A stretch of 63,876 nt of DNA, the filler included, from Rhabdomonas costata (taxonomy: Eukaryota), in assembly GCA_019059605.1 (NCBI GenBank). It is 42 parts of 42 records of this genome, joined end to end, with 100 filler letters (N's around TTAATTAATTAA, not from the genome) between each part and the next. Parts side by side here need not be neighbours in the genome. Positions count along the whole stretch, not along the records: positions 47,208 to 48,630 come from JAHMHO010016393.1; positions 48,731 to 50,153 come from JAHMHO010016394.1; positions 50,254 to 51,676 come from JAHMHO010016395.1; positions 51,777 to 53,198 come from JAHMHO010016396.1; positions 53,299 to 54,720 come from JAHMHO010016397.1; positions 54,821 to 56,261 come from JAHMHO010016398.1; positions 56,362 to 57,787 come from JAHMHO010016399.1; positions 57,888 to 59,310 come from JAHMHO010016400.1; 34 more parts are not named here. One strand, given 5' to 3'. Below, piece by piece: positions 47,397 to 59,444 of the stretch (positions within the stretch are counted from its first letter, which is position 1; each line of letters opens with the position of its first letter). The notes below the pieces were generated by a model. The model did no database searches. It saw only the letters and a list, made by a program, of their open reading frames with translations, and was not told the DNA's origin. A program made the position numbers and the translations under genes.

Positions 47397-48575
47397 AGAA
47401 CCAGGACCTGGTCCGCAACTCCGGGGTGTACAAGATTGTGCTGCAGTTCCTGAAGCTGCCGTTCAACAACGACCTGCCCCGCGAGCAGACCCGCCGGTCG
47501 CTATTCTTCGGGTGCTACGAGCTGCTGCGCCTGTTCTGCGCGGAGAACCCCCGAAACCAGGCAGCGCTCTTCGAGAGCGAAGGTGCGCTGGCAGACACGC
47601 ATACACACGCGCACACGCACGCCCCAGCCGAAAGAAGGTGCAAGACGAGCACGTGTGCCCCAGGAGTGCGATGCTGGCAAGGGATGGCATGCAAGTTCCA
47701 ACGGTGTCCCTTTTTGCACCCGAGGGAGGAGCGCCTACAACGAACCCGCTTAGAGAAGATCCCAGAGGTACAAGTGGACCATCGAGCAAGAAATCAGAGC
47801 CCTTATGCTACCACCAACGGGAATCGACAGTACTCGCAGATGCACCAGGGCAAAGAGTCAGTGAGGCAGGCCCGGGACCCTTGAGGCTGAAGGGAGGTTA
47901 CCATATGTGGATTGTTCGGCGATGAGCCTGTTCCGGTTCCCCACGGCACCGATCGCTCCAACGGCACCTCTGGCGAGCACCCGTGGCCAACAGCGCGTGC
48001 GCCCGTCAGTCCACAGTGGTCACCAACAACCACTCAACCAGGGAACCAGGCAACAGCCAACCCAACACACGCACGCGCGCATGAATGCATGGATTCAACC
48101 TCAGCGAGATCGTATGCAGGGGCGCACGCAACGGCAAATTGAAAGCACCAGCAAATAGCTGCAGCAGCACCAGCTGTAACGACGAGCGTTGAGGAATTCG
48201 CAGCGGTGAGCCGGCCCACCGGGTCATTCCGCCTACACGAGCGTGTGCATTACGCCAGCTTAGAAACTCAAAGCCGCAGAATACAAGGGTCCACCAGGGA
48301 TTGGGTTTGGTATGAGAGAGGTTGCTAGTGGCGAAACGGAAACAGTGAATCGTGGGCTGCTATCAATATCCACTCCACCAAAACCTAAAGGGATGGCACT
48401 GTTCACGAAGCACATCCCGCTGGACGTCGGCGCGGACACCTGCGTGGAGGCTATCTTCAGCAGCAACTACGGTCTGGCTGCGAAGGTGGGAGAGGGTGTC
48501 ATTGACGCATTCATGCAGCTCGTCGCCCGCGGCGCCACCCCGACGAAGATCACCCACAGTGTGGAGTTCCTCAAG
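47397..48575 (+). CDS. IP3/ryanodine receptor-type Ca2+ release channel, RIH domain, two exons
   Basis: Exons 47397-47582 and 48391-48575: NQDLVRNSGVYKIVLQFLKLPF...CYELLRLFCAENPRNQAALF...EAIFSSNYGL...IDAFMQLV...VEFLK. Confidence 0.82.
47620..48060 (-). repeat. Dispersed repeat family A, copy 5 (longest, intronic)
   Basis: 47870-48060 is the reverse complement of the family A core. Adjacent 47670-47721 encodes CWQGMACKFQRCPFLHP on +. Confidence 0.8.
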
Positions 48576-49395
48576 GTTCCAAGAGGCCTTTCCTCTTCCC
48601 CGTCCTTGTTACACCTGTGTCCCCCACACANNNNNNNNNNNNNNNNNNNNNNNNNNNNNNNNNNNNNNNNNNNNTTAATTAATTAANNNNNNNNNNNNNN
48701 NNNNNNNNNNNNNNNNNNNNNNNNNNNNNNGGGTTGGGGTCAGCCCTGTTCCAATTCCACCAGGTCTTGAACCCATGCGTGGCCTCGTTTGGGGCCGATC
48801 CGAAGAATGATGGGGACAATGCTGTCAACGCATGTCTCTGGTGAGAATCTGTAGGGCGAAGCGAGGTCGGTGGCACCACGTGGATCGCGAACCAAGCCGA
48901 TGTACACCAACAACGGGTGGGTTGTGATGAGATCGTCGTACGTCCCTCTTTGGCCGAGCGGGTTCGCGAGGGAGTCGTTGCTAGTGGTGCTGCTGCTTGC
49001 GCTGGAGGGTGCCCGGGCCAATGGGAAGGTGTTTTCAGTGTCATCTTCATCGTCTCCTGCTGGCACCGGGTCGGGTACTGCCGTTACGGAAGGGCCGCCA
49101 GATGAAGAGGGTTGCTCACCGTCGGGCTTGGCGACCGGGTTATCGCCCGACGTGGGGTTGGGGGACAAATCCAAAGACTGGTTAGCGCCTGACTTGGTGA
49201 AGATGTGGACTCCCTGATGGGTGATTGGGATGGCCTCGGTGCCAACTATCCAGTCACTGAATTTTGGGTGATCCTTTGCACCCATAGCCTTGGGTCCATG
49301 CCATCTTGTGGTCTGGTGGTAGCCTGCACCACAACTGTTTCCCGAACGGGGATGGCAGTGGGTGCGGATGCCCCAACCAGTGGTGGCCAACCGCC

Positions 49396-50055
49396 TTACT
49401 TCTTGTCTTGGCAGTCCTTAGAAAGCTTTTCCAAAGAACCAACTTGCTTCATCTTTGCAAGTACGGCGTTACCTTCCTCTAGCAACTTGGAGCCTTTCGG
49501 GAACACCATGGCTATGTCCAGTGCACCGCGTACTTTCTCACCAGTCATTTTTTCATCGATCACAAAGCAAACATGGAGGGAAGGTTCCTTGTCGACGACC
49601 TTGAGAGCTTGAGCGTGGTCTAGTACTCGGCATCAACTTCCCCAGCAAAAACTTGTTTGACTAGCACGGAAGTACTTTTTATAGGAAGCACTTCAACAAA
49701 GACACTTAGACTTTCCTTGTTCTTTTCAAAAACCTCCTGTGCTACGGAACTGGCTTGCACACCGACCTTCTTTCTGAAGAGGTCTGACGGGCTCGCTATG
49801 CCTTTTTCCTTCTTTGAAACAAGGACAAACTTGGCTGATACATAGCTTGAAGAGAAATTAAACGAAGATTTTCTTGAGTCGGTAGCTGACACGCTTCCCA
49901 AACCGAAGTCTGCCTCATTCTTTTGGACTAAAGCTAACATGTCTTGGAAAGTAACAGGCTTGAAGGAAATTTTCTTGCCAAGCCTTCTTGATACCTCCTT
50001 CGCAACAAAATGTATGTCAAGATAAAGATGGTTCATCATATGACGGATAATAATA
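49396..50055 (-). pseudogene. Bacterial-type polar amino acid ABC transporter substrate-binding protein (family 3), frameshifted and 5'-degraded
   Basis: LDIHFVAKEVSRRLGKKISFKPVTFQDML...SATDSRKSSFNFSSSY...KKVGVQASS...GEVDA; 1-nt frameshift near 49627; then VLDHAQA...AMVFPKGSKLLEEGNAVLAKMKQVGSLEKLSK-TAA. No introns. Confidence 0.85.
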
Positions 50056-50259
50056 CAAAAAAATCAATGTTGTCATAAAATAGAACAACTTGAAGCAGTG
50101 AAAAATGAACCATTTTTTTTAAAAAAAAATAGTAAGTTATGTTGAAACAAAACNNNNNNNNNNNNNNNNNNNNNNNNNNNNNNNNNNNNNNNNNNNNTTA
50201 ATTAATTAANNNNNNNNNNNNNNNNNNNNNNNNNNNNNNNNNNNNNNNNNNNNGTGGGT

Positions 50260-50336
50260 TGGTAAATCTATTCGGGAGGTGTGTGTTTTCGTTCTACGAT
50301 AAAAAGAAAACACACACCTCCCGAATAGATTTACCA
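50260..50336. repeat. Contig-terminal hairpin (31-bp stem)
   Basis: 50260-50290 is the reverse complement of 50306-50336. Confidence 0.93.
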
Positions 50337-51522
50337 TCACAAGCACAAAGCAGTCGCGGACCCTGATGAGGGGGTGCGGTGAAGTTTACTCGCAGGGGGA
50401 GGCGCGCCCGAGCGCCCTGAGCCGGGGGTGGCAGTCTGCCCTGGAACCACCGCGCCCTCATGTCCATTGGGGCAACAGCGTTGAGGAAGAACTCTTCGGG
50501 CTGAAGACGAAAGTGTTCCCGAACAAGAACCCGACATACAAAATAAAAACATGAACAACTCGTACAGCAAGAAAAGGCAAAAAATTGCCTGGCTAAGCTT
50601 TTTCTAGAATTTCACCGCAACAAATTATCTTTGCCCAATCACACCATAAACAACTTTGTTGCGTCCGTTTTTCAAAGCGAAAAACCACTCCTGGTCGTGC
50701 TCTCCTTCCCAAAGTCGCCAGCTTTGACTACATCCTGACGATCTGCCCATATTTGCCACAGTTGGCTCAAACTGCGCTTGTGCGGCGCAACTCCGGTCCG
50801 ACCTGCTCACTCACAGCGGGATCCGGTGTCCAGCACACAAGAAGGCTCTTCACCCTCTACTTCTGACAACCCTCTCCTAACTATTGGAAACGTTTCCAAC
50901 GCTCCTTCGTGTCTGCTCACAACTACTTGGAGATATCACCTGACGGCTCTTCCAGATGTGTTTCGGCTTGCACTGGCAAAGGTTGATTGTGCACATGACA
51001 CAGTTGAGGTTCAAGACTGCGGGGACTCTGGGCCAACCCCAACGTTTCCTCGACAACGCCCTCCTCGACAGCCACTCAGCGCAAGAATGCCGATGAGCTG
51101 AAAAACTGTCGTGTCGTCACCACCATCTTCGCTGACACAGGTTTTTCTTTTTCCCAGGCGCTGCCGCGGAACGCATGACCACATATTTTGAGTGAATCTG
51201 CCACTGGGCCTGGTTGGCCTCATGACTTTCCTTTTCAGGTCGTGCTTGATAGCCGCGTTGGCCTAACAAGCGGAGCGCTGCTTCCAAGCCAACCGACGGT
51301 GCCAACAGCTGATAGCACGACGCGTGAAGCCTTACAGTTCCCAAGCACCCCAAAGTCTTAATTTTGTAAGTGGGAAAGCAACAGATTCAGGAGAAGCTTT
51401 AGAATACTGCTGCGTGCGCAGGAGTGGCTGAGATGGCGCACTAAGCACATAGGAAGAGGGCTTCCCAAATGCCCTATCTAAGGGAGCATACCCCGTCATT
51501 ATGGGAGGGAAGGGGCTGAGGA

Positions 51523-51667
51523 GCAGAGCCCACGAGGGGAGGCCTTGAGTCTGACATGGTTGGGGGTCCCGTGAGCTCCGTGGAGTTCGATGCCGCAGGT
51601 CGACGCACAGATAGCTCACGGGACCCCCAACCATGTCAGACTCAAGGCCTCCCCTCGTGGGCTCTGC
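51523..51667. repeat. Contig-terminal hairpin (55-bp stem)
   Basis: 51523-51577 is the reverse complement of 51613-51667. Confidence 0.95.
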
Positions 51668-52294
51668 ACCACACCCNNNNNNNNNNNNNNNNNNNNNNNN
51701 NNNNNNNNNNNNNNNNNNNNTTAATTAATTAANNNNNNNNNNNNNNNNNNNNNNNNNNNNNNNNNNNNNNNNNNNNGGTGTGTAGAGGGCACATACGCAC
51801 GATCCTGCCTCCAAACGGAGCAAGATGCAAAAGTGATCTTGTAAAGAGGGCTAAGCCGAAGCAGGCCTGGATCTTAAATGACCAAGCAGTCTGCGTAAAT
51901 TCGGTGCAACCCAGACAGTGATGTTTTCATTCGCTTCATCATCACTGAAGTCAATACATACGACGCAAAATGACACCCATACGTACGACCCATCCACAAC
52001 AAAGACCCACATAGAGGCCTGTGAGGACTTCATTCAAATTATATTGGTGGATTTAACTGGGACACCCGGTTCTGATAAAAATATGAACCAACACAACATC
52101 CAAAACGAAACCACGACGAAGGGTTGGCGGCCCCCAGCAGAGAAGCCAGAGATTCTGCTTCGCTAATGACGTCCGGTTTTTTTTTTGCTCTTTTGCTCTT
52201 GCCCTGAGTGCGCGAGTCAGACGAAGAGCAACTACCAAAGGAAAAGGGAGGAGGGTGGACGGTGGAGGATGCAGAGTATATATACCTTCCAAAC

Positions 52295-53198
52295 CTCTCC
52301 GGCGACGGCCAAGAATTGCCCCGGGCACGCCACCTGGCACTGCAGCTTCTGAGCCAACACCACACGGCACTCCGGGCTGGCCTTTCCAAAGAAGGACACC
52401 CGCTCCAGGAAGCTGATCCTCATGTGAAGCGCCAGGCGGTCCTGAGCACAGCGAGAAAGGCGTTCAAACGTTCACGATAAAAATAGCAGTGGTCACCCTC
52501 TGCGCAGCGTCAGATTTTTGCAGACAACCACTTCAACTTCAATAATACACACCGACGCCACAAGATCAAGCTCACCGATGTTCTGATCGTAAAGCGAGGG
52601 TGACTACTGGTACAGAAATGACAGGCCAAAGAATGCTTAGGAAACCCAATGTGACCGGGCACTGATCTGACGGTAAAGCGAAGGTAATTACTGGTACAGA
52701 AATGACACGGCATGACAACCTGCATCTCCGGGGGCAGTTCCCCGATGACCTCGCCGTGGGCGTTGCTCACCTTGCTGGATAAAAGATGCTGCTGAAAGGC
52801 CAGGATGCTGTTGTGCAGCGGGTTGGGCACCCGGAAATGCCGCAGCACGACTAAGGTCTCCCGCATCTTCACCCTAGCAGCTCGCTGAAAGAGACATAGT
52901 GGCAGGCAAAATCGCCGAGTATACGACTATTGCTCACTATCACTTACGCACAGCGATAACACTCACGAAGCCAGCAGCCGCAGAATGCTGAGAGAAGGTG
53001 GCAGGCCATGATTGCCGATCATTCCTTCCATAAAGAGCGCAGAACAAAGGCATTCCAACCGCTATGAACACAGAGGGTGACATCAGACAAAGGACGTCGA
53101 AGAAAGCTGAGCTGGCAGAGAGGTGGTACAACGCAGCCGCAGATGCCTCCACGCTTTTGTCACGGAGGATGTCGGAGAAGTGGGCGAACACCAACCAC
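52295..53198 (-). CDS. Cyclic-nucleotide-binding ion channel (CNG/HCN/KCNH-like): S6 end, C-linker, CNBD start
   Basis: Exons edge-53147, 52884-52720 and 52441-52295: KMRETLVVLRHFRVPNPLHNSILAF...IGELPPEMQ|DRLALHMRISFLERVSFF...LAQKL...PGQFLAVAGE. Confidence 0.85.
52583..52707 (+). repeat. Intronic imperfect direct repeat (~40 bp, two copies)
   Basis: GTAAAGCGA.GGT.A.TACTGGTACAGAAATGACA occurs twice. Confidence 0.85.
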
Positions 53199-53723
53199 NN
53201 NNNNNNNNNNNNNNNNNNNNNNNNNNNNNNNNNNNNNNNNNNTTAATTAATTAANNNNNNNNNNNNNNNNNNNNNNNNNNNNNNNNNNNNNNNNNNNNGG
53301 TGGGGGTGGGGGGCGACTGTCGGCCTCACAAGACTCACGCCGTGACCACTGCCGTGCCCTTTAGGACGGCTGAGACATTTTCGATCTCGCCTCAGTTAGG
53401 TTGTGTGGCCGCCAACCATCCGTCCGTCCGTACTTTCTTCCATCCTCTAACCATCAATACGGCAACGGGTTCGATCTCAACTTTGGTTGCAGACTGTGCC
53501 ACCAGAAAAGGATGCCAGTTTTAGTTCCACGCTTTTATCGTTCCATATTGTGCTGGGAGGTGCGCACCGCCCCGAAGCGGCAAGTGACTCCCAGGGGGTT
53601 GAGAAAGTCGCTCCATTTGATTAACACGGGGAGTGAGTCCCAGGGATGAACACTTAGGTCAATTGAATGAGGCTACTCTTCAGGCGCGAGCTCGAGAAAG
53701 AGCAAGAGAGGTATAAAAAATAC

Positions 53724-54720
53724 CCCGCCCGGTTGGCCACGGAAATGACCACCACTCCCATCGATTGGGAGGTGGGGAACGGCACCACCCCAATGGCGTA
53801 CGGCGTTGCCTGAAAAGACGAAGGCAGAAGACAGAGGCCCAATCCTTGCCCGGATCCCTCAGCAGTCCAGCTCATGATTGTCACCAATGACTCTCCAATG
53901 CGGCGGTGGCAGTCTCCTTGTCTTGGTCTACGAATCGTGGGAAGCTGAACCGTACCCCTGTCACGAAAACAAGGGATGGGGGGGGGTCAAGCCTTTCTCA
54001 GTCCACAAGCTAAATCTTTCGTTGCGAGGAAAGCTAAGCAATCACACGCGTAAAAACCAGTACAAAAAGCCCAAATAACAAGCCAACGGGTACAAAAGGT
54101 TCATACCTGTACGAATTGCGCCACGCTAACGAAGTTATCCAGCAGTATTAGACTCGAGTTGACTGCCGCAGGCCACGTGGGGTTCGAGGTGACCCCGAAG
54201 GACTCGGTCCACGAGGGATTGAACGAGCTAAGCGCGGACTGCAGGATCCACGTCACCCCACTGCTTCTGAGCAAATAGCCAGGAAGGAGGCGAAATCATC
54301 AATCAGGATTGAGGGGGGAGGCAACACAAAACACAAGAACGCAAACAATTCAGCCCCGCTCGCATACAAAGCACAGCTGAGAGAGGTCTTGTGAAGTTGT
54401 GGGAAGGGGTACCGGTACTACTCGGTACCATGGCACCCGATAAAAGCCCGCAAAAGATAACTAGGCCGTTAAAACCGAGGCTCGTGGGCGGCGCAACGTA
54501 CTGCTGCGCTCTGCAGCCCAAGACATTAGAATCTCTATCTACCGGAATCCCAGGGGATACACGCTTCGCCACCCTAACTACTCCCGTCAGCAGCCTTTAT
54601 GAGAACATAAAACCACAAGAACACGACGGGTGACACGATTGTAATTGAGACTCACCGCCTGAACCCAAAAACGCAGCATGCCCTTGCACGGTGGCGATAA
54701 TGATGGGCCGCGACGGGAAG
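53724..54720 (-). CDS. Multi-exon gene fragment, unknown (probably extracellular) protein
   Basis: GC-rich blocks bounded by AG/GT, e.g. 53809-53724 ATPYAIGVVPFPTSQSMGVVVISVANRAG and ~54260-54166 GVTWILQSALSSFNPSWTESFG. Confidence 0.4.
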
Positions 54721-55180
54721 NNNNNNNNNNNNNNNNNNNNNNNNNNNNNNNNNNNNNNNNNNNNTTAATTAATTAANNNNNNNNNNNNNNNNNNNNNNNN
54801 NNNNNNNNNNNNNNNNNNNNTTGGGTGGTGTGGGGGCAATTTCAGTCCCAATGAGGGCAGGCTGAATTCTGTCAGGCAAACGAAGCACACCATGCAGACC
54901 CACCCACAGGGAGGACATTTGGTGCGTGTGGGGAGAGGGGAGGAAGAGGACGCGGCATTCTTTCTCTTCACCAGAAAGAAGAGGAATCAGCACGGAAAAA
55001 TGAGACCACTCACTGCACAAAAGGAACAGAGCTTCACCCCCCAAGAAAAGCTGACCCCTCTTGCAAGATCCCGCCAAACAAAGAGCAAACCTCGACCTGC
55101 AGTACGGGTGTGTTTGTTTGTGCTTGTTGTGCTGCTTTTTTCTTTTTTGTGGAGAAATTCCTCCCACCTGCCCAACCCCA

Positions 55181-55182
<2 letters not shown>

Positions 55183-55230
<48 letters not shown>

Positions 55231-55249
55231 CCGCGCGCGCGCGCGCGCA
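55183..55249 (+). repeat. (GT)n followed by (GC)n dinucleotide tract
   Basis: Direct observation. Confidence 0.95.
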
Positions 55250-56582
55250 CGAAAGTGAGGATGTGTGTGCCCGCGCTCTTCTTCTTTCTGTTTTCGTTTC
55301 CGTCTTTCATCGCACAAACATAAACAAACGCGAGCAAACACAACTGTCCCTGAAGAATACAAAAGTGAGGTTTGTGGTCTTGTTCAGCTCAAGCTGTGAT
55401 GTCATCGTCTGACATCCCCTCCTCCGCCAAGGGCAAGTGGTCCCAGTCACATATTCACAGCGTACCACCCGACCGGCGGAGGGTCCACGCTCGAAGCACC
55501 CTAACTGTTGAAGAGTCGGTAGTCGGTATGCCGCAAAGGTCTCACTCCAAGGCACTGGAGGACCAGTGGGAGAGGAAGAGGAGGAGGGAATGGAAGAGCA
55601 CAGCCGGACACAAAATCGGAAGCGTTTGTGTGCAAGGAAAGAGAGAGCGAGGGGAAAAGCTAGGTGTGGAGGGGGTGCAGGGTATACCCCTTCACCTGAA
55701 GAGCTTGAAAGGCAGACTCGCCCATCCCATCTATCCTGCGAGAAAAACGAGTTAAAGAAACATTCCACACGCTGCTTTTCTTCTGGGATGCGGGAGTTCG
55801 TATTTCGTGTGATGGCGACGATGATCGGCTTCCAGGCCTACGTCAAGAGGTGGCCCCGAACTGTTCCCTTACTGACTTGACTTGACTTAAACTTTAATCT
55901 GTCCCACATTGAACTTTGAACTGGTCACACACATTCGATGCTGCACGGTTGGCAAAGAATGAGCACCCCACCCACCCACACACTGAACTTCCGAAGGAGC
56001 AGAAACGAAGAATCCGACTCCGTAACCCCGCATCTGCCTGCACCACGGTACCATGGGACAAGGATTCTTTTGAATGTTATTTTGTTCTGTTTTTCCAAAA
56101 GACAACACAACAGAACAACTAACAGCCTTGTCAGGTGCCATTCTTAGTAATTTTAAGATCGGAAAAGGCTACAGCTTGATGAGCGCTAACCGTTTTTTTA
56201 GCAAAAGTGTTAAGGCAGATTTCTGTTACCACCGGTAACGGTTACCCCCCCCCCCAACTTCNNNNNNNNNNNNNNNNNNNNNNNNNNNNNNNNNNNNNNN
56301 NNNNNTTAATTAATTAANNNNNNNNNNNNNNNNNNNNNNNNNNNNNNNNNNNNNNNNNNNNTGTTGTGTGGCTGCAAAGAGAGACGGGCATCCTTTATGA
56401 TTCCTTCTGCTTCTCCGTGGCCCCGTGAACACTCTGCGAAAGAAAGGCTTTCTGCGAAGGCTCCACAAACAAGCATTGGGAATCATAAAGGATGCCCGTC
56501 TCTCTTTGCAGCTATACAATAAAATGTGGGAAACCCAGGGTGATAAAACACCGCCCGCGGTGGCACGCGGGGGCACTAGCAC

Positions 56583-57537
56583 CTGTGTGGAAATAAGCTT
56601 ATCCCGGAGCTTCGTCAGCTCCTGCTCCGAAGTGGTCTGGGCCATGGCAAGCCTGGTCACCTCTGACCGGAGAGCCTGCACAGAACCACGGGGATAGCAA
56701 TACAGAAATCTGCTCTCTCAAGCCATTCTCTTCGGGGGCCGAAACTGAAGCGATTCGGGCTCTCTATGGGAATATGGCAAAAGCGCTACGCGGCTATGCT
56801 TCTGCGCCCCTTGGGTTGTTTGCTAGTTTCCGAAATGCCTTGAAAGGAAAGAGAGAATCCCAAGATGAGGGACAAAGGGGATAAGGCAAGCATACATCTG
56901 CCTGCCGCTCCAAGGTCTCCATGTGCTCGTCCTTGCATTGCATCCACCCCTGTTGCATTTTTACCTATTAGTACACCCCAAAAAAGAGGAGGGGTGACTG
57001 ACCCACACCCCATACAAAAAAACGCGCATGTCCGCTAGCATCCGTCAACATTTTTGATACGGAGGATGCAGCATCGCTGCCAAATGCACACCGAAAAGCA
57101 AAACCTGCCCCATATGGCATTTTGTCTCATTGAGCGCAAAGCAGGTCTGGGGTCTTTTCTATATCCAGCAGGCCTCCCGAAGCGCCTTGTTGCCGGTCGC
57201 TGGGGTCAAGATTGTCCCTAGGCGGCTCATTCGCTTTCCCTTTTGCTTCCTTCTTGCCCCACGTAGGGGAGAGTTTACGACAGCGCCCACAACGTATTCA
57301 CAAAAAGCCATCCACCCGAACAGGACTAGACAAATGACTCTTTGCCGCTGAAGACCACGAAAATCACTGGGTCGTTCGGGGAGGGGGGGGGCGTTCAAGG
57401 CCGTGCCAATCATCGCCCTTACCATACCCCCCCGCCCCAGAAAATACCGTGTCCGAGAGCTCAGCGTTCTTCCCCTGGAGGTCGTCAACCACCGCCCTCC
57501 ACGCAGCCACCTCTTGGCGGAAAGACTGGCAGCGAGC
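56583..57537 (-). CDS. Coiled-coil protein, spliced fragment
   Basis: Phase-0 exons 57537-57448 (ARCQSFRQEVAAWRAVVDDLQGKNAELSDT) and 56675-56583 (ALRSEVTRLAMAQTTSEQELTKLRDKLISTQ). Confidence 0.65.
57130..57350 (+). repeat. Dispersed repeat family B, copy 2 (intronic)
   Basis: Colinear similarity to 6384-6640. Confidence 0.75.
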
Positions 57538-57950
57538 CTGGAAAAAAGCACCGCAATGACACAACCCACATCAGGGCAACCACTGTATGAGCCCAGAAAG
57601 TGGACACCCACACATAAATAGGAAGTTGGACAGCAAGGGTGGGGATTACCACTACTCCCAAAGAACCCACCATCCTGAGCCCCCGTCATACCATCCCCTC
57701 CTCCCACCCTTCGTCCCTCCCTCCATCCTCTCCTAAAGAATCCCTTCAAACGGTCCCAAAGTTGTTGTCTCAACTCTTCCCCACAAANNNNNNNNNNNNN
57801 NNNNNNNNNNNNNNNNNNNNNNNNNNNNNNNTTAATTAATTAANNNNNNNNNNNNNNNNNNNNNNNNNNNNNNNNNNNNNNNNNNNNCGTCAGTCGGTGT
57901 TTCAGCACTTAGAAAAAGGGCAGCAGGAGGAGGGGAGGAGGAAAGCACAC

Positions 57951-58574
57951 CCCAATGGTGATCCCCTTGAATCGGGGCAGCCCTCCATGCACCACAAACA
58001 CCTGAGGGCAGAAGAAGCAGAGTGGAGGAAACTGAGCGGGCAGACACCCCTTCTTTCTAAAAAGCAGCCGAGCAACTGTATAAGACGTCCAAACCACCAC
58101 AAACTATGAAGGTGGCGTGAAGCCAATCCAATTGAAGCCAATCCAATTCAAACCTTCGACAAATGCAAACGCGGGAACCATGGCCCGAGATCGACCCCGG
58201 GGGGCAACGATCGCTCGAAAGTCGGGAGAGAGAGAGAGTACCGTGTTGTCGACAATAGTGCAAAGTGGGAGGTACTTGAAGACCCCCATGCAGAGGTTGA
58301 ACAGGTGGCCCTTGCCATACCTGGAAAAGAGAAGGAACAGTACTCGCTTTCCAGAGTGCCCCAGGACACCCCGCAAAAAGCTAGCCGAAGACAAGTCAGG
58401 TTAACACTAATCTTGAGCCACCCGCGATGCACACACGCACTCACTTCAGGGCCATCTCTTCACCAAACCCATCTCTGCGGTTGATGTAGTCGTCCTCGTG
58501 ATTGCCCCGGTTGAGGTGGACGGTGTCTGGGTAGAGCAGCTTCAGGGCGAACAGGATACAGATGATCTCCACCC
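57951..58574 (-). CDS. PPP-family Ser/Thr phosphatase (PP5/PPEF-like), three exons
   Basis: Exons 58574-58445, 58320-58242 and 58001-57951: VEII..LFALKLLYPDTVHLNRGNHE...GF, LPLCTIV, VFVVHGGL. Confidence 0.93.
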
Positions 58575-59444
58575 CTACGAGCGCACGGAGCGAGGCACTC
58601 GCCTCTGGGGCGGAAAAGGCGGAACCAAGAAAAACCGCGGCTCAGCGGGGAACCCTCCTATTACCACCTGACCATAAAACATCACTCACCCCACGTGGAG
58701 ATTTTCCGGTGGAGGTAGAGAAAGTTCCCTTCATGCTGTAGCACTTGTAGAAAATCTCATTTGACCCTAAAACGTTCAAAATAACACAAGTCCAAAGTTG
58801 ACCATGTACAGGACCCAGTCTTCAGTGTGTCTTTAGGACCTTTTTCTGGTGAAAAAAGGACTTTCGGTCCCGGTTTCGCCTTTCCTAACCTCTGATATTC
58901 TTCAGTGTAGCGGCAAACTTGTCCGAAAATGGCCTGTATGAGGATTTTTGACTTGGGCGTTTACAAAAGGGGCAACCCCCCCTTTTTTTTGACAACTGGT
59001 TGCTGGGAGAGTCCAGGTTGGTCTTAGCCAATGAATCTGAGTGAAAGCTGCGCGCAGAAAAGTTCACAAACACTGCAAGACACAGAACGCACACATCATT
59101 GCTCCTTCATCAACATCTTCACTATATCAGCTCGGAAGGTAACCCAGCTAATTTGATCCTTCTCAGGGACACTCGCCAGGTTTCGCATTCATTGCACCGC
59201 ACCAAATTTTTTTTACCGCATTTATTTCTTCCGGGTAGACGGCAGATACAACGAGAGGCATGGGAAGTCGCACGCCCCCCCCCCTGCCACACACCGTAGT
59301 CCCCACCACANNNNNNNNNNNNNNNNNNNNNNNNNNNNNNNNNNNNNNNNNNNNTTAATTAATTAANNNNNNNNNNNNNNNNNNNNNNNNNNNNNNNNNN
59401 NNNNNNNNNNCACCCCTTGCCCTTTTCATGGGCGGAGGTCATGC

